This document shows positions 46,946 through 54,549 of a DNA stretch of 54,549 nt, piece by piece. The notes under the pieces were generated by a model. The model did no database searches and was not told the origin of the DNA. It saw only the letters and a list, made by a program, of their open reading frames with translations. Position 1 is the stretch's first letter, and the number at the start of each line of letters is the position of its first letter. Source of the stretch: an uncultured Bacilli bacterium (GTDB taxonomy: Bacteria > Bacillota_I > Bacilli_A > RF39 > UBA660); assembly GCA_951800155.1 (NCBI GenBank), contig CATOJL010000001.1, positions 1 through 54,549 of the forward strand, read 5' to 3'. The position numbers were made by a program, and so were the translations under genes.

Positions 46946-49063
46946 ATGAATCACGATAAACAAAATTTATACAGCACATTATGGAAGATTATTGATAAAC
47001 TTCAAGGTGCTACAGATGCATGGTCATTCAAATATTACCCAATGATACTATTATTCTATCGTTTCTTATCTACTAACAACATAAACTATGTAAAAAAAAC
47101 ATTTTCAATTGACTATATAAAACTTTCTGATGATGAAAGTTTGTCAATAAAACAGAAAATAATCGATGATAATGACTTCTTCATATTACCTAGCAAATTA
47201 TTTCAGAATGTCGTTAAAAGCGATATAAAAAGCCAGTATCTAAATGTCATACTAGGGAGCATATTTGATGAAATAGAAGCATCATCTAAGTATAAGTTAA
47301 CAGGTATATTTAGGGAATTTGATGCAAAAAGTAACACTTTAGGGGAAAACGACTCTGATAGAAGCAATAAACTTTCACAACTACTACAATGTATTAAAAA
47401 GCTTAAGCAAGATGACATAAACGAAACAGAATATGATACATTTGGAGACATATATGAGTTCTTAATAAACAACTATGCCAAGACATCTGGAAGACTTGGA
47501 GGTGTATATTTTACTCCTAATACTCTTAGTTCTTTACTAAGTAAAATAGCTAATTCATACGTTGAGAAGCCCCAAACTATATACGATCCAACTTGTGGAA
47601 CAGGTTCACTACTCTTAGAATATATTAAACAAAATCCTAACGTTGAAGTATATGGACAAGAAATATCTCCTAGCTTATACAATATTTGTAAGATGAATAT
47701 GATTCTTCATGACGTTAAGGACTACACTATAACGTTAGGGGATACTTTAGCAAAACCTATGTCTATTCACGAGAACAAATTCGATATAATACTATCAAAT
47801 CCACCATTTAGAACAAAGTGGGATGTCGATTCAGTAAATAGTAAAGATAAACGTTTCAACGAATTACCTGTTCTTCCACCAAATGATAAAGCTGACTATG
47901 CTTTCGTTCTACATTCTCTCTACACATTAAATAAAAATGGTGTAGCAGTTATTGTTGTATCTCCAGGAATATTAAATAGAGGAAACGAAGAACAAAATAT
48001 TAGAAAATATCTTGTTGAAAAAAATCTAATTGATACTATTGTAATGCTTCCTAATGACTTATTCTATGGCACTTCAATCAATGTATGTATAATGATACTA
48101 AGAAAAAACAAAGAAGATAACAAAGTCCTATTTATAGACGTAGCATCAGAATATAATAAAAACAAAAAAAAGAAAGAATTAACTAGTACTAACATAAATA
48201 ATATCTTAACTCTTATTAAAGAAAGAAAAACGAACAACGATAAGTCTTATCTAGCAGATCCTAATGAAATAATCAATAATTCATATAATCTAGCTGTAAC
48301 ATCATATGTCAAAACTAAATGGTTACCCCCATTAGAATATGAAGAAAACATTGAAGAGCCATTAGAGGATATAATAGCCCAAAAACAAAAAATCTTAAGT
48401 GAATTATTCACTCAAACTAAAGATATTGATTCATTCATCAATGATAACGCGAAGTATGTTAAAAGATTTATCACACTAAATGATATAGCTATTTCAATAA
48501 GAACAGGATTAAATCCACGTAATTACTTTACTCTGATAAATGAAGGCCCTCACTATCTTATAACATCAAAAGAATTGTCAGATCAATCAATTGTAATAAC
48601 ATCTCAAACAAAAAAGGTAGATGAAAAAGCAAAGAAACGTATTAATGGCTATTCTCATTTTGAGGTTGGAGACATACTATTCTCCTTATCAGAATCACAA
48701 GTTAAAACAGCATTCGTTGAAGAAAAACATAAAGACTATGACATAAATGAATCAATCTATATCATTAAACCCAACCTTGAGTTAATTAATCCAAAATATC
48801 TAATGTTCCTACTCGAATCTAACTACCTAAGTAATCAAATCAATAAAAACATATCCTATGGAAAAATAAAAAAGATAGGAATTAAAAAATTCAGATTATT
48901 ACCTATTCCAGATTTTCCAATGGATATACAAAATCAAATTGGCGAGAAATTAAATAAGTTAAATTCAATTAAGACTAAGCTAGAAACATTACATACAAAA
49001 GAAGAACAACTAATAATAAAAAAGTATCAATATTATAAAAATAAACCATTTGAATTAAATTAA
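46946..49063 (+). CDS. Type I-like DNA methyltransferase: HsdM fused to a single HsdS target-recognition domain
   Basis: HsdM_N-like N-terminus (LWKIIDKLQGATDAW), GVYFTP, DPTCGTGSLLL (motif I), ILSNPPF (motif IV). The C-terminal ~230 aa have the HsdS half-subunit pattern (LINPKYLMFLLESNYLSNQI...LPIPDFPMDIQNQIGEKL). No HsdR in the window. Confidence 0.8.
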   Translation: MNHDKQNLYSTLWKIIDKLQGATDAWSFKYYPMILLFYRFLSTNNINYVKKTFSIDYIKLSDDESLSIKQKIIDDNDFFILPSKLFQNVVKSDIKSQYLNVILGSIFDEIEASSKYKLTGIFREFDAKSNTLGENDSDRSNKLSQLLQCIKKLKQDDINETEYDTFGDIYEFLINNYAKTSGRLGGVYFTPNTLSSLLSKIANSYVEKPQTIYDPTCGTGSLLLEYIKQNPNVEVYGQEISPSLYNICKMNMILHDVKDYTITLGDTLAKPMSIHENKFDIILSNPPFRTKWDVDSVNSKDKRFNELPVLPPNDKADYAFVLHSLYTLNKNGVAVIVVSPGILNRGNEEQNIRKYLVEKNLIDTIVMLPNDLFYGTSINVCIMILRKNKEDNKVLFIDVASEYNKNKKKKELTSTNINNILTLIKERKTNNDKSYLADPNEIINNSYNLAVTSYVKTKWLPPLEYEENIEEPLEDIIAQKQKILSELFTQTKDIDSFINDNAKYVKRFITLNDIAISIRTGLNPRNYFTLINEGPHYLITSKELSDQSIVITSQTKKVDEKAKKRINGYSHFEVGDILFSLSESQVKTAFVEEKHKDYDINESIYIIKPNLELINPKYLMFLLESNYLSNQINKNISYGKIKKIGIKKFRLLPIPDFPMDIQNQIGEKLNKLNSIKTKLETLHTKEEQLIIKKYQYYKNKPFELN

Positions 49064-49102
49064 AAGCAGTAGAAGAGCATCTCAGTTCTCCTACTGCTTT
49101 TT
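49063..49102 (+). terminator. Rho-independent terminator after the HsdM-S gene
   Basis: 10-bp stem aaagcagtag/ctactgcttt followed by tt, at the stop codon. Confidence 0.7.
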
Positions 49103-49116
49103 ACCTTCTTAATGTA

Positions 49117-49953
49117 TCAAAGTATTCCACCTTCATGCTCAATCATAACAAGTTTACCCATAAGTAAACGTATTGTTCTAGCAACATCATTATAGTACGT
49201 AATAGAATCAGTTGTTTGCTTTAATAAACAATATAAATCACTAATTACAGATTCAAGATTTTGTTTGAAAATATCAGGAAACAACTTACCGTCAATAAAA
49301 TCATCAGGATAATCTATTTCCCAACAATAATATCTTCCTAAATATTGAATAATATCGTACACTGCTTTATCTGACCTGTTATTTTTTATAGAATCAGTGA
49401 CATATTCATTTTGCATCCCTACTTCTCCATCAGTAGGAACCACATTAGGCAAGTTACTATCTTCAATACATTTTCTTACAAATCTACTATATAATAAATA
49501 AGACTTGTATTTTGCGTTGAATTCAGTCCACATATGAAATCCATAAGCATCACTTCTATTAATCATATCATCGTAGTTTCCTTGAAAATATTCATTACAA
49601 TAATTATAAAAATCAATTGCATGTGTTAATTCATGAAATAAAGTACACATAAATTGCCAATTATTAGTTCTATATTCTTCTATTAGTTTCTTTGAAATAA
49701 ATATTTCAATCTCATCATCTATTGAATTAGGTATACATGTTGTTCCATTGTAATCAGTTTCATCTGCTATATATTTCCTATTGGTCTTCTTCATAAAAGC
49801 TTCGGTTGATTCTTTCATGTTATCAACTATTTGAATCTTGCACTTCAAACTTTCTGGTATTTTATACTCTTGGGAATACATAGATATAAATGAGTTAATA
49901 AATGTATCAATATTTTCCATGATATTTCGTTCTTCTGTCATAAAACCACCCAT
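49117..49953 (-). CDS. Putative HExxH zinc metallopeptidase
   Basis: The single motif CTLFHELTHAIDF (HExxH) sits in a helical protein. No other match recognised. Confidence 0.45.
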   Translation of the reverse strand: MGGFMTEERNIMENIDTFINSFISMYSQEYKIPESLKCKIQIVDNMKESTEAFMKKTNRKYIADETDYNGTTCIPNSIDDEIEIFISKKLIEEYRTNNWQFMCTLFHELTHAIDFYNYCNEYFQGNYDDMINRSDAYGFHMWTEFNAKYKSYLLYSRFVRKCIEDSNLPNVVPTDGEVGMQNEYVTDSIKNNRSDKAVYDIIQYLGRYYCWEIDYPDDFIDGKLFPDIFKQNLESVISDLYCLLKQTTDSITYYNDVARTIRLLMGKLVMIEHEGGIL

Positions 49954-50002
49954 TAAATTATACAGAAATATGCCTATTTAAGCAATATATCAACCATAAA
50001 AG

Positions 50003-50284
50003 CTACTTCTTAAAATTAACATCATAAAAATAATAAACTTTCTTACATTTGTTACAGATAATACCTATAAAATCTAAACCTTTAATCTTAAAACCATCAC
50101 CTTTTAATACAAGAATATTTTTGCTACTGCACTCTGGACAATAAACATGTTTACCCCAAGATACTTGTTGGCTAAACATCTTATTAGATATCTCATATCC
50201 ATCTCTTGAATGTACATTAAGTTTTTTAAGATATTCATCAGATATTTCATCAAATGATATACATTTAACAGTATGCTTCATCAT
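50003..50284 (-). CDS. Small zinc-ribbon protein
   Basis: Strong RBS aaggaggg. CPECSS...(23 aa)...CNKCKK forms two CxxC pairs. Confidence 0.5.
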   Translation of the reverse strand: MMKHTVKCISFDEISDEYLKKLNVHSRDGYEISNKMFSQQVSWGKHVYCPECSSKNILVLKGDGFKIKGLDFIGIICNKCKKVYYFYDVNFKK

Positions 50285-50403
50285 CTACTCCCTCCTTATT
50301 TTCACTATCAAATATCATAATAGGGTATTTGTTAGTGAAATCAAAAAAATAATCTATATAGGCGATATGAATTATAATCTATTTTCCCATATTTACAAGG
50401 GTT

Positions 50404-50688
50404 CTAATTTAACATATGCAAGAGTACCTCCGCACCTCCTGCATTTATGTGATTAGATATTACAATAACATCCGAATTATTTCCATAGGGCGCCAATATA
50501 CGTTCAACCCTTTCTGTTGGAGTCAAAGTTTCATCTGTAGTACGTGTTATACTTACAGGTACCCCCAACTCATCAAATTTGTCATACATATATTTTGAAA
50601 TATCCAAGGTTAAATTCTTTTCTACAATACCATTTCCACTTGCTCCACCATCAGTTCCACCATGGCTTGTATCGGTTTTCCCCAAAAA
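50404..50688 (-). pseudogene. Amidase_3 N-terminal half: middle segment of the split amidase gene
   Basis: GKTDTSHGGTDGGASGNGIVEKNLTLDISKYM...VSITRTTDETLTPTERV...DVIVISNHINAGG is colinear with the first half of the Amidase_3 domain. TAG/TGA lie in frame just upstream, and there is no RBS. Confidence 0.85.
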
Positions 50689-50719
50689 CTATCATTTATA
50701 TTAAATTTATTAGGTTATA

Positions 50720-52324
50720 TTATAAATCAAGATTCCACTCTAATCTGATTTCTCGTGTATTTGTTTCCTTATTCAGCTTACCAATATATATTTTTTCAAT
50801 AAATTCATCAACTATTATTTTATTTAGTTCTTTAATATTTTTATATTTCTTAAGTATGCTCTCAATATCTTTTGAATTTTGTTTTCTTGTTTCAGTTTCT
50901 CCTAGCTCGTTTTCTATCTCTTCAAGTCTAGCTTGATAACTTTCAACATCTTTTGTATATTCTTCCCTTAACATTTGAAAATCTTCTTCAGATATAACAC
51001 CTTTCATCTTATCTTGATAAAGATTTTTAAAGTATAATTTGCTTTCATTAATCTTTTTCTCAAGATTTGCTTTTTCTTTATTAAGATTAGTTATAATTAT
51101 ATCTTGGTTGTTTTCTTTATTAAGTTCTTTTTCTAAATCACTTTTTAATAATGCTTCATTACATTTTTTTAATAGTTCATTGATTGCATTTAGTACATAT
51201 TCTTCTAATAGATCTAGTCTTATAGAACGATAATTGTCGCAAGTATGATATTTTTTATTACCTTTGCATTGAAGATATGCTCTTTTTTCTACTTTTCCAC
51301 CTGCACAAGTAATATTGCATTGATTTCTCATAAATATTCTTCCACATTCTTCACAATATACTTTTTGACTTAATATATGAATTTTACCATTAGACATAGG
51401 TTTCTCATGTTTACCTAATCTTTTTTGTACTAAATACCAAGTTTCTTTATCGATGATTGGCTCGTGTGCATTTTCAGTTCTGCACCATTCAGACTTAGGA
51501 ACTTTTTTTGATTTATGATTTTTATAACTAATATTTGTTCTTTTCCCTTGTATTAAATTGCCAATATAAACTTCATTTTTAAGCATTTTAGCAATTGTAT
51601 CAGAAGTCCACATACCTGTTGTTTTATAATTAAAGTTGCAACAAACAAAATTACTTCCAATAGATTTTTTATAAAGAGATGGGCATAATATATTTCTTTC
51701 ATTTAGACTTGCACAAATCCTATGATAACCAATTCCTTCTTTATATTTTTCAAATATTTCCCTTACTACATAAGCAACATTTTCATCAATTATCAACTTG
51801 TGTTTATCGTTAGGATCTTTCAAATAACCATAGGGAGCAAAACTTCCCATATATAATCCATCTTCTCTTTTATTCTTTAAAGATTTTTTAACATTATTTG
51901 ATAAATCCTCTAAATACCATTCATTAACAAGCCCATTAATTTGTCTTGATTTTTTGTTAGCTTCATTATCAGTATCTGCATTATCTACAATACTAACAAA
52001 ACGAACTCCCCATTCAACAAACTTATTATGAAGATATTTTTCTATTACTTCCATATCTCTTGAAAATCTACTTTGTGTTTTACATAGAACAATATTAATT
52101 CTTCCTGATTCACAATCTTTAATCATTCTTTCAAAATCAGGTCTATAAGTTCCTGCTCCTGAATAGTCATCATCTGAATATATATCAACGATTTCCCATT
52201 CTTGCTCTAAAGCATATTTTAAAAGCATACTTTTTTGATTAGCAATTGACTCACTATCATCATTTTTGTTTTTCTTATATCTATCTTCATCAGATAGTCT
52301 ACAATATACACCTACCTTTTCCAT
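50720..52324 (-). CDS. Large serine recombinase (TndX/TnpX-like), rec2
   Basis: VGVYCRLSDED...DSESIANQK...DDDYSGAGTYRPDFERMI...QSRFSRD...VRFVSIVDNADT, a recombinase domain, a zinc ribbon (CEECG...C..C) and a coiled coil. RBS gaggtga. Confidence 0.9.
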   Translation of the reverse strand: MEKVGVYCRLSDEDRYKKNKNDDSESIANQKSMLLKYALEQEWEIVDIYSDDDYSGAGTYRPDFERMIKDCESGRINIVLCKTQSRFSRDMEVIEKYLHNKFVEWGVRFVSIVDNADTDNEANKKSRQINGLVNEWYLEDLSNNVKKSLKNKREDGLYMGSFAPYGYLKDPNDKHKLIIDENVAYVVREIFEKYKEGIGYHRICASLNERNILCPSLYKKSIGSNFVCCNFNYKTTGMWTSDTIAKMLKNEVYIGNLIQGKRTNISYKNHKSKKVPKSEWCRTENAHEPIIDKETWYLVQKRLGKHEKPMSNGKIHILSQKVYCEECGRIFMRNQCNITCAGGKVEKRAYLQCKGNKKYHTCDNYRSIRLDLLEEYVLNAINELLKKCNEALLKSDLEKELNKENNQDIIITNLNKEKANLEKKINESKLYFKNLYQDKMKGVISEEDFQMLREEYTKDVESYQARLEEIENELGETETRKQNSKDIESILKKYKNIKELNKIIVDEFIEKIYIGKLNKETNTREIRLEWNLDL

Positions 52325-52390
52325 TTGCTATCACCTCAAACTTCCTTGAGGTAAAACAAACTTAAATCTATAAAGGTATTATACTTCATA

Positions 52391-52537
52391 TTAATAATTA
52401 TTTAAAGCTATGCTATTTGCATTTTCTAAGTTTAGAATAGCTCTCAACAATTTTTTTGTTAAAATATCTTCTATTTCTTTATCAGTTTTTTCTACATTAT
52501 TTTTTACGCTAAATACTACATTATATACGACCTCCAT
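52391..52537 (-). CDS. 48-aa ORF immediately upstream of rec2 (possible directionality factor; speculative)
   Basis: Below the track cutoff. ATG 52537 follows aaagggggaatgag. Translation MEVVYNVVFSVKNNVEKTDKEIEDILTKKLLRAILNLENANSIALNNY. Confidence 0.2.
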   Translation of the reverse strand: MEVVYNVVFSVKNNVEKTDKEIEDILTKKLLRAILNLENANSIALNNY

Positions 52538-52604
52538 TTTCTCATTCCCCCTTTTCATGTTATTTATAAATAGATTCCTCCAATCATAAACATCTCTCCT
52601 TTCT

Positions 52605-53147
52605 CTACATATAATCTTTCATCAATTCTTGCATTTCTTTTTCTTCTTCAGGTGAAAGTGGAATTGCTTCACATCTCACACCATCCCATAGCTCTACACC
52701 ATCAGAATCTTTCGTCATAATTGGACCAATATTATTTCTATTATTTTTTCTATTATTAATTCTTCTATTATGGTAGTAATTTTCTTCTATAGGTTCTTGG
52801 AAATTTTTTTCTACCACATTAGAATTTGCTTTACTTACTATTTCAGGATTCAAATATATTCTTCTTTTACCATCAACATATTTGATGATAATGTATTTTT
52901 GTTTTTTAAGTCTTGATAAAGAATTTGAAATTGTTTTAGTACCTAAACTTAACTCCTTGGCAAAATAACTATTACTAGCATAGCAATATTCCTTATTGTA
53001 TGATAGTGAATTAATTATTCCTAATATCAACTTATCTGTTGATGAACAATTGCTATCATTTAATATTATTCTTGGCGTTGCTGTATAAGACCTTATAAAA
53101 GGTATAATATTCCTCCTAGAATAAATGATAGTTTTGGAATTAACCAT
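52605..53147 (-). CDS. Winged-HTH domain protein (replication-organiser/regulator-like)
   Basis: YCYASNSYFAKELSLGTKTISNSLSRLKKQKYIII is a wHTH pattern common in mobile-element replication/regulation proteins. Confidence 0.4.
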   Translation of the reverse strand: MVNSKTIIYSRRNIIPFIRSYTATPRIILNDSNCSSTDKLILGIINSLSYNKEYCYASNSYFAKELSLGTKTISNSLSRLKKQKYIIIKYVDGKRRIYLNPEIVSKANSNVVEKNFQEPIEENYYHNRRINNRKNNRNNIGPIMTKDSDGVELWDGVRCEAIPLSPEEEKEMQELMKDYM

Positions 53148-53224
53148 TTTGATTTGGTAAAAGTTTAAGGTACTAACATAAGTCTACCAAGCTTACTGTA
53201 CCATTACTACTAGGTGTCCTTAGA

Positions 53225-53485
53225 CTATCCTAGTATATTAATCGTGTACATTCCATTTGAGTATTCCTTAAATAGTAAATATTTGTAATCTTCTAATTTT
53301 CTTAAATTATTTTTTAATCCTTGATTACTAATCCTTACTACTTGTTGTAACTCTCCAATATTTAGATCTGTAATGATTCGATTTTGACCTTTAGAATAAA
53401 TATACGAATATATTAATTTTCCCTCAGGTTTAATTCTCTTATCATTCCATAATCTCTTTGGAACTTCTAGTTGAGTATTAGTCAT
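53225..53485 (-). CDS. Small winged-HTH protein (paralogous fold to 52605..53147 N-terminus)
   Basis: LIYSYIYSKG...LNIGELQQVVRISNQGLKNNLRKLEDYKYLLF. Confidence 0.4.
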   Translation of the reverse strand: MTNTQLEVPKRLWNDKRIKPEGKLIYSYIYSKGQNRIITDLNIGELQQVVRISNQGLKNNLRKLEDYKYLLFKEYSNGMYTINILG

Positions 53486-53640
53486 CCATTTCCTCCTTTC
53501 TTGTGTTGACTTTTACATCACTTACAAATCTAATATATCATTATATGATGTAATTGTCAACATAATAATTACAATTTTGTTGATTTTTACAACAATTCAT
53601 GTTACAATACTTTTAGCAATTAAAAAGGAGTTTTTAAGTT

Positions 53641-54234
53641 ATGAAAAAAAATACTACTGAACTTGGTAAATATATTTGTGAAGCAAGGACATCAAAAGGT
53701 ATATCGCAAAGACAACTTGCTAAACTATCTAATATGGATTGTGCAGAGGTTTCGAGGATTGAAGCAGGAAAAAGGCAAAAACCAAATGTACTATTTTTAA
53801 AAGGTATAGCAGAAGCACTTAATTTAAGTTTAGTTAAATTAATGGAATTAGCTGGTTATAATGATATAGATATTAATTGGGGCATGGTTGCGACTGAAAG
53901 AAGATCATATAAAGACTATCAAGATGAATTAGATACTTATGTAAAATTCTATTATGATGTTCTTAATGACATTGAGGAAAGAAGAAAAAATGCTTTAGAA
54001 TGCAAAAATATATGTACTGACTTAATTGATAGAATTGAAAATCCTGATATTTATAAAAAGGAAATTACAATGGATGAAGTAAAAGATGCACTAAAAGAAA
54101 TGACTAGAATAATGCGACCAAATTTAGAAAAACTTGATAAATCTAAATATCCTAAAACTGATCCTGCATTACTTAGAAAGTCAGTTCTTATTGATATTGA
54201 TGAATACAAACAAAAACATAATACTAATAAATAA
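53641..54234 (+). CDS. XRE-family repressor-like protein with C-terminal helical domain
   Basis: LGKYICEARTSKGISQRQLAKLSNMDCAEVSRIEAGKRQKPNVLFLKGIAEALNLS is HTH_3. Divergent from the wHTH genes, a lysogeny-switch-like layout. Confidence 0.75.
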   Translation: MKKNTTELGKYICEARTSKGISQRQLAKLSNMDCAEVSRIEAGKRQKPNVLFLKGIAEALNLSLVKLMELAGYNDIDINWGMVATERRSYKDYQDELDTYVKFYYDVLNDIEERRKNALECKNICTDLIDRIENPDIYKKEITMDEVKDALKEMTRIMRPNLEKLDKSKYPKTDPALLRKSVLIDIDEYKQKHNTNK

Positions 54235-54404
54235 CCCATAGTATTATGTTTTTTATATTAAATAAAGCAACATTATTACTTACGATTAGTTTGGAATAAG
54301 TTGCTATGGCAGGGTTTCCAAAGGGACAAGTCCCTTGGCACACATCGTTATTGGTTATACCAATATCGTAGTGTGTTACTAACTTGTCTAAAAGTTAGTT
54401 AAAA

Positions 54405-54443
54405 CCGAAATCCATTAGTTACGAAGTTTCTTTTGGATTTCGG
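54405..54443 (-). terminator. Terminator hairpin after the partial minus-strand gene at the window end
   Basis: 9-10-bp stem ccgaaatcc(a)/(t)ggatttcgg, followed on the minus strand by tttt, 13 nt after the stop. Confidence 0.5.
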
Positions 54444-54455
54444 CTTTCCATAGTA

Positions 54456-54549
54456 TTAAATAAATTGTTTTATTTTTTCTAAATCATTTAATGATAACTC
54501 AATATCATTATTATTAAACATACTTTTAATAATAATCTTTCCTTTAGAT
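54456..54549 (-). CDS. 3' end of an unidentified gene (runs off the window)
   Basis: Open frame ...SKGKIIIKSMFNNNDIELSLNDLEKIKQFI* ending at 54456-54458. Too short to classify. Confidence 0.3.
   Translation of the reverse strand, partial: SKGKIIIKSMFNNNDIELSLNDLEKIKQFI

Larger units (their letters stand above)
33242..50439. mobile_element. 17.2-kb integrative element inserted in the amidase gene (large-serine-recombinase type, non-phage cargo)
   Basis: Bounded by the identical 7-bp core cacctcc (33242-33248 and 50433-50439) at both amidase breakpoints. The recombinase gene ends 88 bp from the left core. Cargo is Rep, resolvases, R-M genes and unknowns, with no capsid, terminase, tail or T4SS genes. 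Confidence 0.8.
50686..54549. mobile_element. Second integrated element (left end only; continues beyond the window)
   Basis: The rec2 stop lies 31 bp from the truncated 5' end of the amidase fragment. wHTH genes and an XRE repressor follow. The right boundary was not observed. Confidence 0.55.

Noticed and set aside
33242-50439. Interpretation of the 17-kb insert as a prophage or conjugative element
   Set aside because: No terminase, portal, capsid, tail, holin, relaxase, coupling-protein or T4SS genes were recognised. The cargo is recombination, replication, R-M and unknown genes, so I call it only an integrative, possibly mobilisable, element.

Overview
AT-rich (about 70% A+T by eye, not computed) chromosomal segment from an endospore-forming Bacillota. 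No rRNA, tRNA or CRISPR array was seen.

Positions 1-33.2 kb are mostly minus-strand core genes:
- Housekeeping: P-type Ca2+ ATPase, pgi, mscL, rpiB, rpmE, murA, fba, ldh, rlmH, dnaB, rplI, whiA.
- Sporulation genes in Bacillus-like synteny: spoIIID-mbl, a spoIIQ-like gene, spoIID, spoIIR, a SleB-like hydrolase.
- Small accessory patches: an orphan AbiEi-like gene, a truncated Rpn/PDDEXK gene, and a GIY-YIG/HIT/GNAT/Mob-relic islet at 22-25 kb.
- Two repeat families: a 155-bp MITE with terminal inverted repeats and 9-bp target duplications, and a ~166-bp leader duplicated upstream of the pgi operon and ldh.

The main result starts at 33.2 kb. A gene for an Amidase_3 + 5xLysM cell-wall amidase is split by a 17.2-kb integrative element (33242-50439) that carries a TndX-like large serine recombinase. 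Both junctions share a 7-bp core in the same codon phase, so excision would rebuild the ORF in frame.

The amidase fragment left at 50.4-50.7 kb is cut again at its 5' end. A second large-serine-recombinase element abuts it and runs off the right edge of the window.

Element 1 cargo:
- A HUH rolling-circle Rep.
- An active small resolvase next to a catalytically degenerate resolvase-like gene.
- A Type II R-M pair and a fused HsdM-HsdS methyltransferase with no HsdR.
- An HExxH peptidase / Zn-ribbon pair.
- An XRE-faced five-gene operon (41736->38234) ending in an OB/RCC1-like protein and a miniaturised PolC-like protein with a degenerate active site. This operon is my best candidate for an undescribed system.

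All homology calls come from motif recognition by eye. No searches were run.
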